Of a DNA stretch of 64,000 bases, positions 14,211-27,831 are shown piece by piece. Location: NCBI GenBank assembly GCA_964016885.1, contig OZ024740.1, positions 193,440,001 through 193,504,000 of the forward strand, read 5' to 3'. The notes beneath the pieces were generated by a model. It worked only from the letters and a program-made list of their open reading frames with translations. It ran no database searches and was not told the origin of the DNA. This DNA comes from Eledone cirrhosa (taxonomy: Eukaryota). The position numbers were made by a program, and so were the translations under genes. Every line of letters begins with the position of its first letter. Positions within the stretch are counted from its first letter, which is position 1.

Positions 14211-14365
14211 TAACGAAGGAAGTGTGGTAAGGAACCAGGTGGACCATAATGCACCAGAGTACGCGATACTTGGGGTAGTAGAGTGGGTAATAGGAAAAGA
14301 GTCAGGACCGCGACGGCTAAGCTCCGGCCGTTTCGACAGCTACGTATGAACTAGCTGTCTCTCTC
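14211..14365 (-). repeat. Short dispersed repeat (also 5443-5541 and 42497-42617) with truncated hammerhead-like hairpin
   Basis: taacgaagga..gtggtaaggaaccag.tggaccataa shared by three loci, each next to (TA)n; minus strand shows gacagcta-loop-tagctgtc GAAAC GGCC. Confidence 0.6.
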
Positions 14366-14371
14366 TCTCTA

Positions 14372-14434
<63 letters not shown>

Positions 14435-15101
14435 GGGGATAAAGAGCGGAGTAATGCCTACTTGAAAATATCGTTTTGTGTACACACGTACATAAACGAT
14501 ATTTTGAAGAAGGTAGTGTTACAATGTTTCCGCATGTGCACGTGTATTTATGTGAATTTTCTACACGCAGTTAAGTACACACATTTGAAACTTTCAATTG
14601 TTCAAACTTCTGTCAAACATAATACAGGAACGCTACATTAATGTCAATGAGTACGTCACACAATTCCACAAATTCGTTCATGTTTCATTTTGCGTGAGAT
14701 TTACAGAAACACATGCATGCACACACATACATGTTTATATAAGCATGTGTATGTGTGTACATATATAAATATACATATATGAATGTGTATGAATATGTGT
14801 ACGTTTTCAATACTTCGACGTTGATATTTAAGGTTTTAGTTCAAATGTGTAGGTCACGGAAATGATGTCAACGGCATGACTGTAATTTAATATTTTGTAG
14901 CATGTAAGAGTGCAAAATCCGACATAGTATAAGTAAAATTACCAATTATGTATGATGGTTGTTGCTTTCTTTTTCTAAATCTCCTTTCTTTTTTTCTCAC
15001 TTTCTTTTATTCCGTGCAACTATGTAAGAAAAGAAAATTATATTTATATATCTATACACACACACATGCGCACACATATATACATATATATATATAAATG
15101 C

Positions 15102-15142
<41 letters not shown>

Positions 15143-15143
<1 letters not shown>

Positions 15144-15830
15144 TTCGTTTCTGAATTTGTTTAGCAAGATTCTTTATCTGAAATCGTGTGTTGAAACCGA
15201 TATTGTTATACTTTTGGAGGGTCATGTTGCCAATAAGAAACACACGCACCAGTTGCTTTCACTTCAATTTATTATAATAAATTTATCATAAATTTATAAA
15301 TTTCTGGTTGGTTGGTTGGTTCCACAACCAGATAGTTGTTTATATATTGTCATAGTTCTTTCGTCACAGACTCTGTGACCTCTTCAGTGACTGGGGATTC
15401 CTTTCTTTGTTTCTGTGCCTCTCCTTTGTTCAGTCCTACGCCATTTTGTTTCTGTGTGTGTGTTGTGTGCTCAGTCTGCGCATGCGCCACATCCGGGTGT
15501 CTGTGTGTGTTTATGTTCATTTATTTATTTGTTTATTTACATGTTACTGGTTGGTTGTTTGTTCTATGTGTGTGTGTGTTTTCATTTTGTCCTTAATTGT
15601 AAGTTGTGATGTTGCTGTTCCACTCATATTTTCTATTTAATTTTGGTTGTAATTCTTTTATGTTTATTGCCTCTGTAATTTGTCTAAACATTGCGTCTTT
15701 TCTGTGTGTAGATTCTATTTTTAATTCTATGTTCTCTAATTTACCCTTGTGTTCTATTTTAGCATGTTGGTAGAGTACAGATGATTCTTTACTATCTTGA
15801 AGATCTCGCCAGTGTTCATTTATCCGTTCC
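15143..15830 (-). mobile_element. PLE 3' fragment (GIY-YIG C-terminus + 3' UTR), same family as 59965-61706
   Basis: Near-identical to 59965-60590 and inverse of 61235-61706; ends at (TA)n. Confidence 0.8.
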
Positions 15831-16369
15831 TGTAACTTTGTGTGAAGTGTTAAGGTATTAGTTGATTTATTTATTATTTAACAATGGCATTTATCTATCT
15901 ATATATTTAATTTTTGTCTATTACCGGTTTCAGCATGTATATGCATTATCAAATGATAGTGAAATGTATTAGTGTGGTGTCGCACATGTTAAACCGAAGG
16001 TGCAGAAAGAATAATGTTATATAAAACAAGGTTTAAGAAGTGAAAAGAAAAAAGAAAAAGGAAAAAAAAAAGTGCATATTGTGGAGTGTAAAAAGTCAAT
16101 GTGGAAGAAAAAATAATGTTATTTACAAGCACAGTCATTGAAGTTAAGCAGTTCAAAATGTGTTAATATCGCAAGAGTGCTTAGTTGAACCATCGTTCCG
16201 TGAAGGAGGCAAATGGTGGACTGTGGTTTGATATGATTTCCCTTTTTAGAGAGTTAATATACAGGGGGAAGCAATTCTTGCTAGGTGATATTTAATTTAT
16301 TTAAGAAAAAGGATTAGTTAGGCTGTGAGAGCGGTAACTCTTGTAAATGTTTGATGGTTTGTTGCAGTT

Positions 16370-16801
16370 TTAGATTGGTCCGATTTTTAGGGCATTGAGT
16401 AGTGTTTGAAATTTATTAATGAAATGTGTTTCCTTATTGGTACCTTGGATGAAAGTAGCGTTGTCTATGAATTTGTAAATGGGGAAAATTTTAAAGTTTG
16501 AATGTTGGTTGAGAGCACAATTGGCGATACGTTCACTAAATGCAATCTTTCTGTATTCCTGTATTTTAATTTGTGATTTATGGACGGTCATACGTTGACG
16601 GAGGCTGTTTTTTGTCTGTCCTATGTGGTGCTCTTGACAACCAGAGCATGTCAAAACATAGATAAGGTTTTCAGATGCACATGTAAAGTTGTGTTTAACT
16701 GTGAAACGTTGTCCTTGTTTAAAATGGTATGTTGAATCTTCTATTAGATTTATGCATATGCCACAGTTGGGCCTTCCACATTTTGTTACTGTAGGGTTCA
16801 T
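16370..16801 (-). pseudogene. PLE GIY-YIG endonuclease
   Basis: KCGRPNCGIC, FTCASENLIYVLTCSGCQEHHIGQT..SLRQRMTVH. Confidence 0.9.
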
Positions 16802-17010
16802 TGTGAGGGTGTGTTGTATTTTGGCTTGTGTGAGGATGTTTTTTTATGGATTTGGGTTGTCCTTTGCTCTTTATGATGTTGTGTGTTTGGAGGATATTGT
16901 TCATTCTTGGGTCTCTTTTTAGTAAAGGAATGTTCTGGAGGATGGTGTCGAATGCCTCATTGTTGAGGGGGTTGTGTGTGGAGATGTATGGTAGAGTTTT
17001 TTGTTGCGGT

Positions 17011-17825
17011 TCACCCCTGGGTTTGGGGTGTCTGAGTTCCTGGATGTCTAGTTTTAGGGCAAGTTGGAAACCATTGGTGATTAGGGATGGTGGGTAGTTT
17101 CTGCTGATAAGTGTGTTTTTTTAATTCTTCTAGTCGTGTGTAGCATGTGTTTTTATCTGAAACTATTGTGCAGATTGTTCTGGCTGTGTTATAAGGAATT
17201 GCCATTTTGGTGTGTCTAGGGTGGCACAAGTTGAATGGAAGGTATTGTTTGGAGTCTGTGGGTTTGTAGTATATGTCTGTTTCTATATTGTTGCTTGTTT
17301 TCTTGATGAGGATGTCGAGGAAAGGGAGTTGTTCACGGCTGTAATCCATTGTGAATTGTAAGTTAGTGTTGAGCCCATACAGAAGGGTTTTGAACTCAAA
17401 CAGTCTATCTATACTTGCATGCCAAAGGATGAAGCAGTCGTCCAGATATCTCTTCCAGTTCTTTTCTATGTGTTGGTAGAAGTGGTTGCCGTATTTGTCT
17501 AGGACTTTGCGGTAGAGAATTGTTTCCAAATATCCCATGACAAGGTTGGCGTGTGAGGCGGCCATATTCGTGCCCATGGCAGTCCCAGATTTCTGTCTGT
17601 AGTATTTGGCATTGAATTCGAAGAAATTGTTTTCCAAGATGAATTTGAGTCCCTCCAACACAAATTCGTTAGGCATGCGCTGTGGAAGTTAACTAGGGAA
17701 ATTTTCCATCCAGAATTGTATTGCCTCTGTAACTAGGTTGTGTGGGATATTGGAATATAAATTGATGACATCAAAGGTTACTAGTAGGGTATGTTCGTTA
17801 TTGAGTGTTGTTGGGAAGTGGTTGA
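17011..17825 (-). pseudogene. PLE reverse transcriptase (frameshifted)
   Basis: TFDVINLYSNIPH, Q.SGTAMGTNMAAS.ANL.MG, WKRYLDD, LPFLDI, DIYYKPTDS.QYL motifs. Confidence 0.92.
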
Positions 17826-18073
17826 GCATATGATATCAAACCACAGTCCACCATTTTCTCCCTTCAAGGAACCATGCTTCAACTAAGTACCCTTGCGATA
17901 TTAACACATTTTGAAATGCTTAACTTCAATGACTGTGCTTGTAAATAACGCATTATGCACGTTTTTTTTTCCTTTTTCTTTTTTCTTTTCACTTCTTAAA
18001 CCTTATTTGTATATAACATTATTATTTCTGCACCTTCTGTTTAACATGTGCGACACCACACTAATACATTTCA

Positions 18074-18115
18074 CTATCATTTGATAATGCATATGAATGC
18101 TGAAACCGGTAATAG
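18074..18115 (+). ncRNA. Minimal hammerhead-like motif, U3-A8 core (inverse copy at ~15918-15959)
   Basis: TTGATAA TGCAT ATGA ATGCT GAAA CCGG TA in the PLE 3' UTR; palindromic stem III ACCGGT. Confidence 0.6.
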
Positions 18116-18301
18116 ACAATAATTAAATATATAAATAGATAAATAAATGACATTGTTAAATAATAAATAAATCAACCTTAACACTTTACACGAAGTAAAA
18201 CATTTCGTTTTAATCATTTTCTAACCCAGAAAAAAGAGAGAGAGAAAGAAAAAAGGAAAACAAAAATGTTTTCTTCCTCATAATCGTCTCTTTCTCCTTG
18301 T

Positions 18302-18369
<68 letters not shown>

Positions 18370-18385
18370 ACACATATGTATATAT

Positions 18386-18459
<74 letters not shown>

Positions 18460-18504
18460 GACGTAAAATAAGAAAATTTCAAAAATTAAAAATCAACTTA
18501 CTTA

Positions 18505-18579
<75 letters not shown>

Positions 18580-18699
18580 TCATATACACAATCACAAACA
18601 CACATATACATATGTACGTATGATTTGATGTCGAATATTAATAATAATGTTCGATCCGTTTGTAAACAAACGAGCCCGATTAGAAGCTGTGTCGTGCCG

Positions 18700-19700
18700 A
18701 TGACCAATCGTTACCTGTAAGTTCAACACTGGCTTTGAGGAACAATAAACATGTTTCTAGTCCATTACCCTTCATTAGTACTGTATACCTATCTGCAAAT
18801 ATTTTGAACAGTTGAAAATATATAGTACTTTCTTAAGTATACATTGGCTGAGTAGCCGCATTTGCATACACCGAGCAAGTTGCGGCTGGCTTTGCCGAAT
18901 ATTAAAAGTAAAATAAACCACTATAACAATCCTATTTCTAGGCACCGTAACAGATCGTAATCTGTTATGGCTTAATCCTCCCTTCTCACTTAATGTTGCT
19001 TCTAACCTCCATAGAGCATTCTTCTCCATCTTGCGTAATAATTTCCCCCTTGTCCACAAATACCATAAACTATTTAACAAAAATAATGTTAAGATTGCTT
19101 TCTCTTCTGCCCCAACCTAGCTGATTGCATTGCCTTCAGTATCTATGAGAATCCCTTAAAAAATAGGACCTCCATCTCTATTAACGATCTACCTATTAAC
19201 CATCTATATACGAATATTGCTAACCATAACTCTAACCTTGTTAACTCTCCTATCTCCTCACCGGCATATGATACACCTTTTAGTTCCCCTCCCCCACGAT
19301 TATACTGTATAATACTAATAACCGTAACTGTAACTGTAGAAATCCTGATAACTTCCATCTGAATGGTCATTGCCTTACTTATACTGTAGTATATAGATGC
19401 ACGGTTGAAACATGTAGTGCTACCGCCTACCCTTCCAAAACTCGCATTAATTCCCATACTCATTCTACTTTCTCAGCTAGACATATAAATACACGTAAAC
19501 TCTCTAATATTGTATACTCTTTAGTTGTGGACACTTTAGCCAAATCTTATCTATACAAAGGCAGTAAGGGTCATTGCGATTTATGTTATTTCATAACATT
19601 ATCTTAACCTCACCCCATAAATGATCGTAATAAGATTGCTATTAACTGCCATCATCACTTGGCGTACTCATTCGCTAATAGAGTTTTTGATCCCACTTAA
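18700..19700 (+). pseudogene. Highly decayed PLE RT-thumb/GIY-YIG remnant
   Basis: Fragments translating to WLNPP, HKYHKLFNKNNVKIAFSSAPN, CNCRNPDN..LNGHCLT, YRCTVE; same type as 35226-37290. Confidence 0.65.
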
Positions 19701-20436
19701 ATTCCATTAGTTTAATAGATTATCTTATAGATTATCTTATTTACTAAGTATCTTTTACCCACCGCTCCATGCATATTACCATCAGATTGGAGCTAGTTAT
19801 TAGTCTCTTCCTTATCTATCTCACATCTTAACTTTTATTTTACTTCACCCATTCCCTGCCTGTTCCTTATCTAATTCACATCTCACTTATTTTATATTTT
19901 ACTGTGTATCATTTACCCACCATTCCACGCATCTTACCATCAGATTGTAGCTAGTTATTAGTCTCTCCCTTATCTAATTCACATCTTACTTATCTTATAT
20001 TTTACCCTACCCATTTCTGTCGCATACTAATACTATTCTTCTCTTTACTCCCACTTTTTTACATTTTGTGTAAACCTTGAATCTGTATATATCCCCTTCC
20101 CACTACTTCTTCTGATCACTATTGACACAGCCTTCGCTTATTTATTTCCATTTATTTCCATTTATACCTCTCTTTGTTTTATTTTTGACTTTAACCTGTT
20201 ATATCCATACCATTCTCCACTTTATTAGACTATATTAATAATTGTTCACCTTCTCCGTTAGTAACACTTCTTACTTTTCTTAACCGAAATCTCTTCACAT
20301 AGTATCTTATTTTCCTTTTATTTTACTACTGATATTTTTTTTTATATCTCATGCCCTCTTTTGTTTTTAACATTAGTACATATCCTTAATTTTATTTATA
20401 CCCCATTTAAACTCCTTTTGTTTAATTATTTTCAAC

Positions 20437-21255
20437 TAGCAGAAAAACCGCCCATGGGCCGTTTTCTGCTAACATATGTAGTGTGCATATTGGTATTATA
20501 CGCAAATATATAGATGTAAATTGAAAAGTAAATCGACAATATCTTCTTCTTCGCCCACTTATTTCTGAGAGAGTCGTGGGGGCAGAGTCCTTCTCAACCA
20601 CTCCTTCCAGCTAGTCTGTCAGTAGCAAACATCTCTTACTGATCCAGCTGGATCCCAAAGCGAGACCAGCCAAGCTCATGGATATTATCCAACTATCTTG
20701 CTTAGGGTCTACCTCAAGATCCCCTGCCGTTTGGTTTTGCCTGTAAAATGTGTCCAGCGATTCTTTACTGAGACATTCTAACCATATGTTCATAGCATCG
20801 GAGTTGTGATCTCTCAATTCGGAGAAGTAGCGGCTCTAACAAGAGTGACACTCTGGTCTTTGAGTTATGCACTTTATCGAGTAACGTTACTCCAAAGACA
20901 CTTCTGGTTGCTGAATGCTGAGGCTGGTGCATTACTGCATCAGCTTTTGGAATTCTTCCACTTAATTCAGCCTCCTGTATTCCATCACTAAGACACTTGA
21001 ACTTCTCTAACTGCTTCAGTAGAACTCCAACCATATGTATATACATTTGAGCAACTTCTATCTACCCATCCATCACACAATGTGTATGTGTGTTTGGGTG
21101 AATGTATGTGTGTGTAAAATGAAGGAAAGGGATACACACATATATGTCTCTAACTTAAAAACAGTGACACACATACACATGTCTCTAATTTAAGAAAACC
21201 AACAAAATCACGCGCGCTTACATACACACACTGACTGTCCTATTACTACTTAAGA
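20437..21255 (-). mobile_element. Probable non-autonomous Helitron (interrupted by an RTE fragment)
   Basis: CTAG plus hairpin gcagaaaa..ttttctgc at 20437-20470 (related to 25291-25327); TC-type 5' end near 21255. Confidence 0.4.
20543..21046 (-). mobile_element. RTE-clade LINE 3' fragment
   Basis: LKQLEKFK.L, GVTLLDKVHN..R.SL.LEPLLLRIERSQLR.Y.H.VRM; (GAA)n tail at 20543-20552. Confidence 0.75.
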
Positions 21256-21810
21256 GCTTTGGTCCGGGCAAGCAGTCCCTCAATTTTCGAACCGTCTGGG
21301 TTGTCCAGAATTGATGGGAAAAGACTTGACGGTCTTACTCTGTGCTTCTGGTCAAGACACAGGTGCCTTGCCTGGGATGTCACAGTTAGTTACTCTTTTG
21401 CTTCTTCCCATATCCTGGATGTAGCGGCCAGGGCGAGAGCTACAGCATCCGCAGCTGAATGGAACAAAATCCTAAAATACCGTGTTCTGTCAGCTAACTA
21501 ATTGTACAGCCTGTGGCGTTCGAGTCGTTTGGGGGAGTCGGGCTACTGACAGCGAGTTTCTTACCTTCACTTGTGGCTCACCAAACAAAGGTAACTGGTG
21601 ATGCTCGTGAAGGCACTTGGTTGTTCAAGCACCTCACCCTCGCCATCAACCCAGGTAACGCTGCGAGCGTATTGGCTTTTGTTTTCTTTCATTTTCCTTT
21701 GTATATATTATATTTGTTAGTGTTTTCGTTCTGTAACCTTTATTGTAAATTTTTATACAAATGAGTTTTTAAAAAAGAGTTTAACTGTGCTGTTAATAAA
21801 TAAATAATAC
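21256..21810 (+). mobile_element. CRE-like non-LTR retrotransposon 3' fragment (restriction-like endonuclease)
   Basis: EPSGLSRIDGKRLDGLTL..WS..RCLAWDVTV, AE..K..KY, PVAFESFG..G; (AATA)n tail. Confidence 0.8.
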
Positions 21811-21976
21811 ATTATACTTGTATTACTATCCCATGTCCAATTCACCGAACGCTGCTATCATGACTGTATGTGTGTGTTTGTGTAAATGTATATGCGTGAA
21901 AGTATGTGTATTTGTGTGAATGTATGTCCGTGTGCGTTTATTTTTATAAGTTTGTGTTTGCACGATTATAGTTACA

Positions 21977-22059
<83 letters not shown>

Positions 22060-22739
22060 TCTGTGTGCGTGTGTGTGTGTGTGTGTCAATATCACTATTA
22101 TCTTTATATACTCACACATACAATCTCTCTTTCTCGCTCTAGCAATTTTATAACATCAAAGAACAGCAACATACATACACGCACACACAAACACATTAGC
22201 GTGTAATAAAAAATCCAAATCGCTTCATCTTTCTCTTTCACGCCCTCTCTCTATATATAGTACTAGCAGCAGTACCCGGCGTTGCTCGGGGTTTAATTGC
22301 TTTAAAGTACTCTTAATGATTCCACTCAATTATGATTATTGTGGCAAAGATTGATATAACTTCCCGCCCAACCAATCGAATTGCAACGGGATAGAAAGCC
22401 ATGCAAAGAGCTTTGCAACACTCTCAGAATGGGGTAACAATTGAATGTTGGGTGGCACTGAAAAGGGTCGTGTTATCGTTTTCACAATGGTAACAATTTG
22501 GTAGTAGGTCCTGGAAAAGGGTGTAAAACGTTCGCAGGTGAATAGGCTTCTTCCGCTTCCACCAACGGCAGCGGACGTGCTGTCCCGAAACTTCATGCTC
22601 TTTGAAAACAGATTGGATGCCCTATGGAGGAAAGAGGGGGAATAAGCATGGGTAAGTAAATACGGGTAAGTATCAACAATAGCATCTACTCACCATATGT
22701 TAGACCGGCAAGACTGTAGTGGTGCTGAATAGAGGAGTC

Positions 22740-23705
22740 ACAACACCTCTCTGTAGACCAAGTATGATTAAGGTCAGCTTGCATCCGACTTTTGAGCATG
22801 CGACGTATAATTGGCCGTGTGAGAAGCACGACTGGCCTAAATAGAGGCCTGTCGTTGTTAGCGTTTGGCCTTGGGACTTGTTGATTGAAATCGCGAAGCA
22901 AAGTTTAACGGGGAAATGAAATCGGCGCAGAGTACAGGGGCATTCCTTACCTAATGGAGTTAATGGTATTCTGGGTATAAAGACGTTTTCTCCACCGCCG
23001 CAGCCCGTGAGAATTGTGGCTTCAATTACATGCGGCAGGAGGTTTCTTACCACTAACCGTATTCCATTGCAGAGACGCGGTGGTTCCAGGTTCCTAAACA
23101 GCATCACTGGAGCCCCAACTTTGAGGCGCAGTTCATGAGGTGGCAGTCTGGCGATTTCCAAGGAATTGAGGAATTCTGTGGGAAAATCGTCAACCTCAAC
23201 TTTGTCCCCAACTGTGTCCACAGGTTTGTAGGTATGGAGGTTTTCCAGGAATTCGTTGCAGAAGGTCCTCATTGATTTTCGCAACAGAGACATTGTTGGG
23301 AGCTAATATGGCTCTATCGCACAGCCAACTCGTGTTTTTGTAGTTGATGGCCATATCGGGAAAGACAGAGGCTGTGAGGTCATCAACAGTGTCGAAAACG
23401 GTGGCTACTTGCGACACTGCCATTTCTCCAGCTGCATCTGAAGGTTCAGTGCCGTCACCAACTGTTAACAGGTCTTTCGAGAAGTCGGCTGATAAGTGGC
23501 CACCGAAGAGTTGGGCTCTCATGTTTGTTGTGACGGTCAGAATTGTCACCTTCTGCCACAGGGGAGATGACTTAATGCAAGCCCCCACAGTGTCGGCCCT
23601 GTTGGATTTTGGAACAACTGGAAGAGTTTGTCGAAAATCGCCAGACAGCAGTAGAGGTACTACTCCCATCGGCCGGCTGCATTCCCCGATGTCTCGTAGT
23701 GTCAT
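22740..23705 (-). pseudogene. Helitron PIF1-type SF1 helicase (frameshifted)
   Basis: LLSGDFRQTLPVVP, LTTNMRA, RAILAPNN, EFLNSL...LPPHEL.LKVGAPVML.RNL, FP..LCFAISINKSQGQT, FSHGQLYVACS. Confidence 0.93.
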
Positions 23706-23739
23706 GAGCGAACCGATCCTGTTAAAATTTGTCCTTGAC

Positions 23740-24572
23740 CTTTAACGGTAGGCATGACGCCGTCCTTCCGTATGATGTTAGCTCCGAAAGAGGTCATTTA
23801 GAAGGCAGCGTTGTATCCCCTGGAACATTGAAGTAAGTGTTCCGACTCCGCTGTGGAATCGGTTAGTAGATACGTCAAAGGTTGTGGTGGTTCCTGTATA
23901 GGAGGCAGTTTCACTTTGCCGTCAGAGGAGCACAACCATGAAGTCTCCCCAGGCCATTTGTTTGCCCGGCAAGTTTGGAAAATGACGGACATGGATCGAA
24001 TCTGAACTTCTGGCAGCAGTGCATAGTTAACTGTAGAGTCATAGTGGAAACCCTTATGAGACTACTGAGTACAACTGATCCTCGGAGTACCTCGTTGAGC
24101 ACTCCTGCGGAGTATATTGGCGCTTAGTCTGTGTAAGAATTCGCGCAGTCTCTGACGCGCGCACAGAAGCGGTGGAAGCGACGTCCGTACGTCGGCGTCT
24201 GGAACGCTGCCCTTCGTCCTCACCAGCACGTGATGCAGCAGTTGAGGCGGCAGCTCTTCCTCGTCGTCTGGAACGCTGTTCTTCGTCCTCAGCAGCACGC
24301 GCCGCAGCACTGGAGGCAGCATTTTTGCTACGTTGTCGAGAATATTGTTCATCAGTTTGCGCAGCACGTGCAACTGCCGTTAGAAATGCATTCCCGGAAA
24401 GGCTGATACTCCGGTGTTATTCTGTCTCGGTTGAACGGGTAATTGCATTTTGATTTGCATTTTGTGACAACCGAGTCAAATTCTCGATAGATGACTCTGT
24501 AGCTCTTCTTCGTTTGGCAGCAGAAGCAGCTTTAGTTTGGCGACTAAGCCGTGGTGATTTCTTGGGGAGCAT
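23740..24572 (-). pseudogene. Helitron RepHel N-terminal region
   Basis: ATG at 24572 (MLPKKSPRLSRQTKAASAAKRRR), ~63-bp Arg/Ala-rich internal repeats, A.KWPGE...C.SDGKVKLP and YNAAF.MTSFGA motifs. Confidence 0.8.
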
Positions 24573-25290
24573 GACCGTAGTGTCAAATTATGTTTTAAAA
24601 GTAAGTTTAAAAAGGGAAACAGGAAGTACTAATTAAACCGAACACGTAAATATTTATGCAGGTAATGGAGCAAAAAAGGGGGGTTGCGAAAAATGTCAAT
24701 TGAACAGTGAATAAGTGGAAAGTGAGTATTAAGTAAGTTGTAGCAAGAATGCACGTCAAAAAGTAGGTGAAACCTGTAAGCCAAGCACGACTGAGTTATA
24801 GCACAAAAGAGCGTAAACAGGGACGATAATTTGGAGCACACTGGAAAAAAAAACCTCATAATCGGACGTTCCTGAAACAGTTTTCTCGCTATTTTTTTTT
24901 TTATCAGAATATTTATATTACTTTTTTTTTCTCATATTGCTAAAAAGAAAGAAAAAAAAATTGCAAATAGGACAACAAAATATAATGTATTTGTTGAGAT
25001 TCAAGTAGCGGCGTCCGTACGTCGGCGTCTGGAAGGCTGCCCTTCGCCCTCACCAGCACGTGACGCAGCAGGTGAGGCGGCAAGAGAGAGTTAGAGCATG
25101 TATTTAGTTTTATCGATTTCGTTCATATAAGCAGGAAATGTTTGGCAAAGTTTATGTCGCGTTGACCATCGTCGGTAAATTTGGAGCGCATTGGAAAAAA
25201 AATCAGCAAAGTCGGTAGAGAAATGTGGAAATGCATAAACATCATACACTCACACACAGACATACATGTTTAGTTTTATATATAAAGAGA

Positions 25291-25850
25291 CTAGCAGAAA
25301 ACCACACGTGGAGCGGTTTTCTGCTAGTCTATATATCTAAAACAGAGAATGTCTGTCTGTCTGTCAGCTCACTAAAACTTGAGTACCATCCAACCGATTG
25401 TTTTCAAACTTTAGACATGTAATACTTATGGTCCTGTGAGTGTTTTGAGCAAAAATTATTTCAAATTTTCAATGCCTTAGGGACCGCATTAGGCGATTTA
25501 GCGTTCTCTCTATATAATTCTTAGTCTTTCTTTTTAGATAGATACATAGATATAACGTTGCGCCCTTATAATATATGTCTGTATGTCTGGCTGTCTGCAT
25601 TACGTCATTATGACGCGCTCAGCGCGATTCCCTCGGCCTCAATGACCAAAGTTAGTGGAGAGGGGAAGGTAATGTTTCTGTAGCACGTGTTTTTGCGTCT
25701 ATTCACTCTCTCTCTCTCCCTCTCTCCCTCCCGCTATCCCCCTCTCGTAGTCTGTCTCTTTCTTTCACTCTCACTCTCTCTCTACGCACGTGTTTCCACT
25801 GTCGGACAGACAGACATAAAAATTGCTGGTTATATATATAAGTAGATAGA
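25291..25850. mobile_element. Non-autonomous Helitron-type termini cluster
   Basis: Palindrome CTAGcagaaaacc..ggttttctgCTAG (25291-25327), then TCTATATATCTAAAA..(gtct)n 5'-end signature; an opposite-strand signature at ~25800-25848. Confidence 0.55.
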
Positions 25851-26649
25851 TATACCGGAAGTATTGTAATTTAAATGTTTTAAAAGAAGTGAGTCTTGAA
25901 CTATGCAATAATACTTTTAATATATGTTTAATCATGTGTTACGAAATTTAGTACATAAATTATGTAATATTCATTCATAATGTAATATTTATTCAAAGTA
26001 ATCCAGCTTATTTTACAAACTGGATAACAAATTATATTCTGGATGCAGTCCCGCACTCTTTTCTTTATTATAGTTAAGATCACCTTTAATTCACTTCGGA
26101 TTTGTGTACCCTTTACGTGTATGTATCAATGTATGTTAAACCGTTCTTATGTTTTATCTACATCCCATTGTAATCATCAGTTGCAGATTAGAAAACAATA
26201 TATATATATATCTTTGATTAGAAAATTTACAAAAGACTAAATCTTTTATTACTAAGGAGTATTTTGCTCGTTTGTTTTCTTGCTTTATTATTCTATTGTT
26301 TGATCATTCGTACCTAATGTGATCTTTGAAATGCAACGAACAATATTCTAAGAACAATACAATGAGCTTATTATTAAAAAATATTTTACTGAGATAAATA
26401 TCTATTACAACTATTTAATATTGAATATTGTCATATTTCTTTTAAAATTTTCTTCTAATCCTTTTATACATTCAATTTATATCTTGATTTGTTTTTGTGG
26501 TTATCAATTCCTGTAAATTTAGGCATAAAAGTAAAATTGCGCATTTCTCTAAGAATATTAAAGTGCGAGCACGTATGTACGTGTATGAGTGTCTGAGAGA
26601 GTGGGAGTGATAAAGATAGAAAGAAGAGAGAGAGACAATATAAATATTG

Positions 26650-27330
26650 CTTTATTTGCCACAAGGGCTTAAAAGAAATGGGACATTAGAAGTCGTGACG
26701 TCGGGGGTTTACATAAAACTTGTGTAAACTTTAAAATTAATACATTAAAATTAACTATATATTAAAATAAAATACAATCGAAATCCCCAATAGGGGGGAC
26801 CGTTACCACAGAGTTGTTTTACACCCGGTAGATAGAACAACGCTCAACACCAGGAGCATATTTTGTACGTGTTCCCATCTTCCCTTTTTTTACTTCCTCA
26901 ACCTAGTGGTTTATATACAGAGAAGGCCCATTCACTCGGGCCATTTTTGCCACATTCACCCACCCTTCAGCGAATTTACTGGAATGCAGCACCTCTCTCC
27001 CCACGCTCACCTTCCTTCTGAAATGATATTTAAAGGGGTTGAGTTGTCTGGAAAGGAAGGTGTTTGCCCTCAGTCCTTTCAACCTCGTCCACCATATTAC
27101 CTCTTTCGCCATAGTCCTCAGAGAGAAGAAAACCGCCTCTCCTTCACTTTTAAATGAACGCGGCGGGTGATCCTCACGATGGACTCGGCTGACAACTGGA
27201 TGTAACCCATATGTGACAGTAGCTGTTCGACATAATTCCACAGGTCGGTCACCTCTGGGCACTGTAGAATTGGGTGCTGAACGGTTTCAATTTCCTGCTC
27301 GCATTTTGGACAAGTCCTTTAGTCAGGAGA
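26650..27330 (-). mobile_element. L1/Tx1-like LINE 3' fragment
   Basis: MAKEVIWWTRLKGL...FKYHFRRKVSVGREVL..KF.EGWVNVAKMA C-terminal ORF2-like segment; 3' end with aataaa into an (CT)n tract. Confidence 0.55.
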
Positions 27331-27340
27331 GTGAAGATAC

Positions 27341-27381
<41 letters not shown>

Positions 27382-27384
27382 GAT

Positions 27385-27447
<63 letters not shown>

Positions 27448-27719
27448 GATAGAGAGACAGAGAGAGAGAGAGAGTCAGAGAAAGATTCGGAGTTACGAGT
27501 TTAGATTTGTAAGACCATTGTTCAGCTTATTACTCAAAACTCAGAAAGGCAATAGTAGCCACACCAATACTTGAGAGAAATACTACACACCACATCATAT
27601 ATGCAGGAAAACAGTTACACGCACATACTCATACTCGCAAACGCATAGCATACGCACACACTCAGCTAAAAATCCAAAACACCCGCAGCATACATACACA
27701 ACAATTAAAGTTAAGAGAC

Positions 27720-27831
<112 letters not shown>

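Larger units (their letters stand above)
15835..18195 (-). mobile_element. 5'-truncated Penelope-like element (Neptune-like) with inverted 3' UTR copy at its 5' end
   Basis: RT and GIY-YIG ORFs on the minus strand; ~17831-18195 is an inverted copy of ~15835-16240. Confidence 0.92.
22263..25290 (-). mobile_element. Helitron, internally deleted (Rep domain missing)
   Basis: 3' end hairpin cccgagcaacgccggg + CTAG (22263-22289); 5' end TCTCTTTATATATAAAA at 25290; RepHel N-terminus and PIF1 helicase fragments. Confidence 0.9.
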
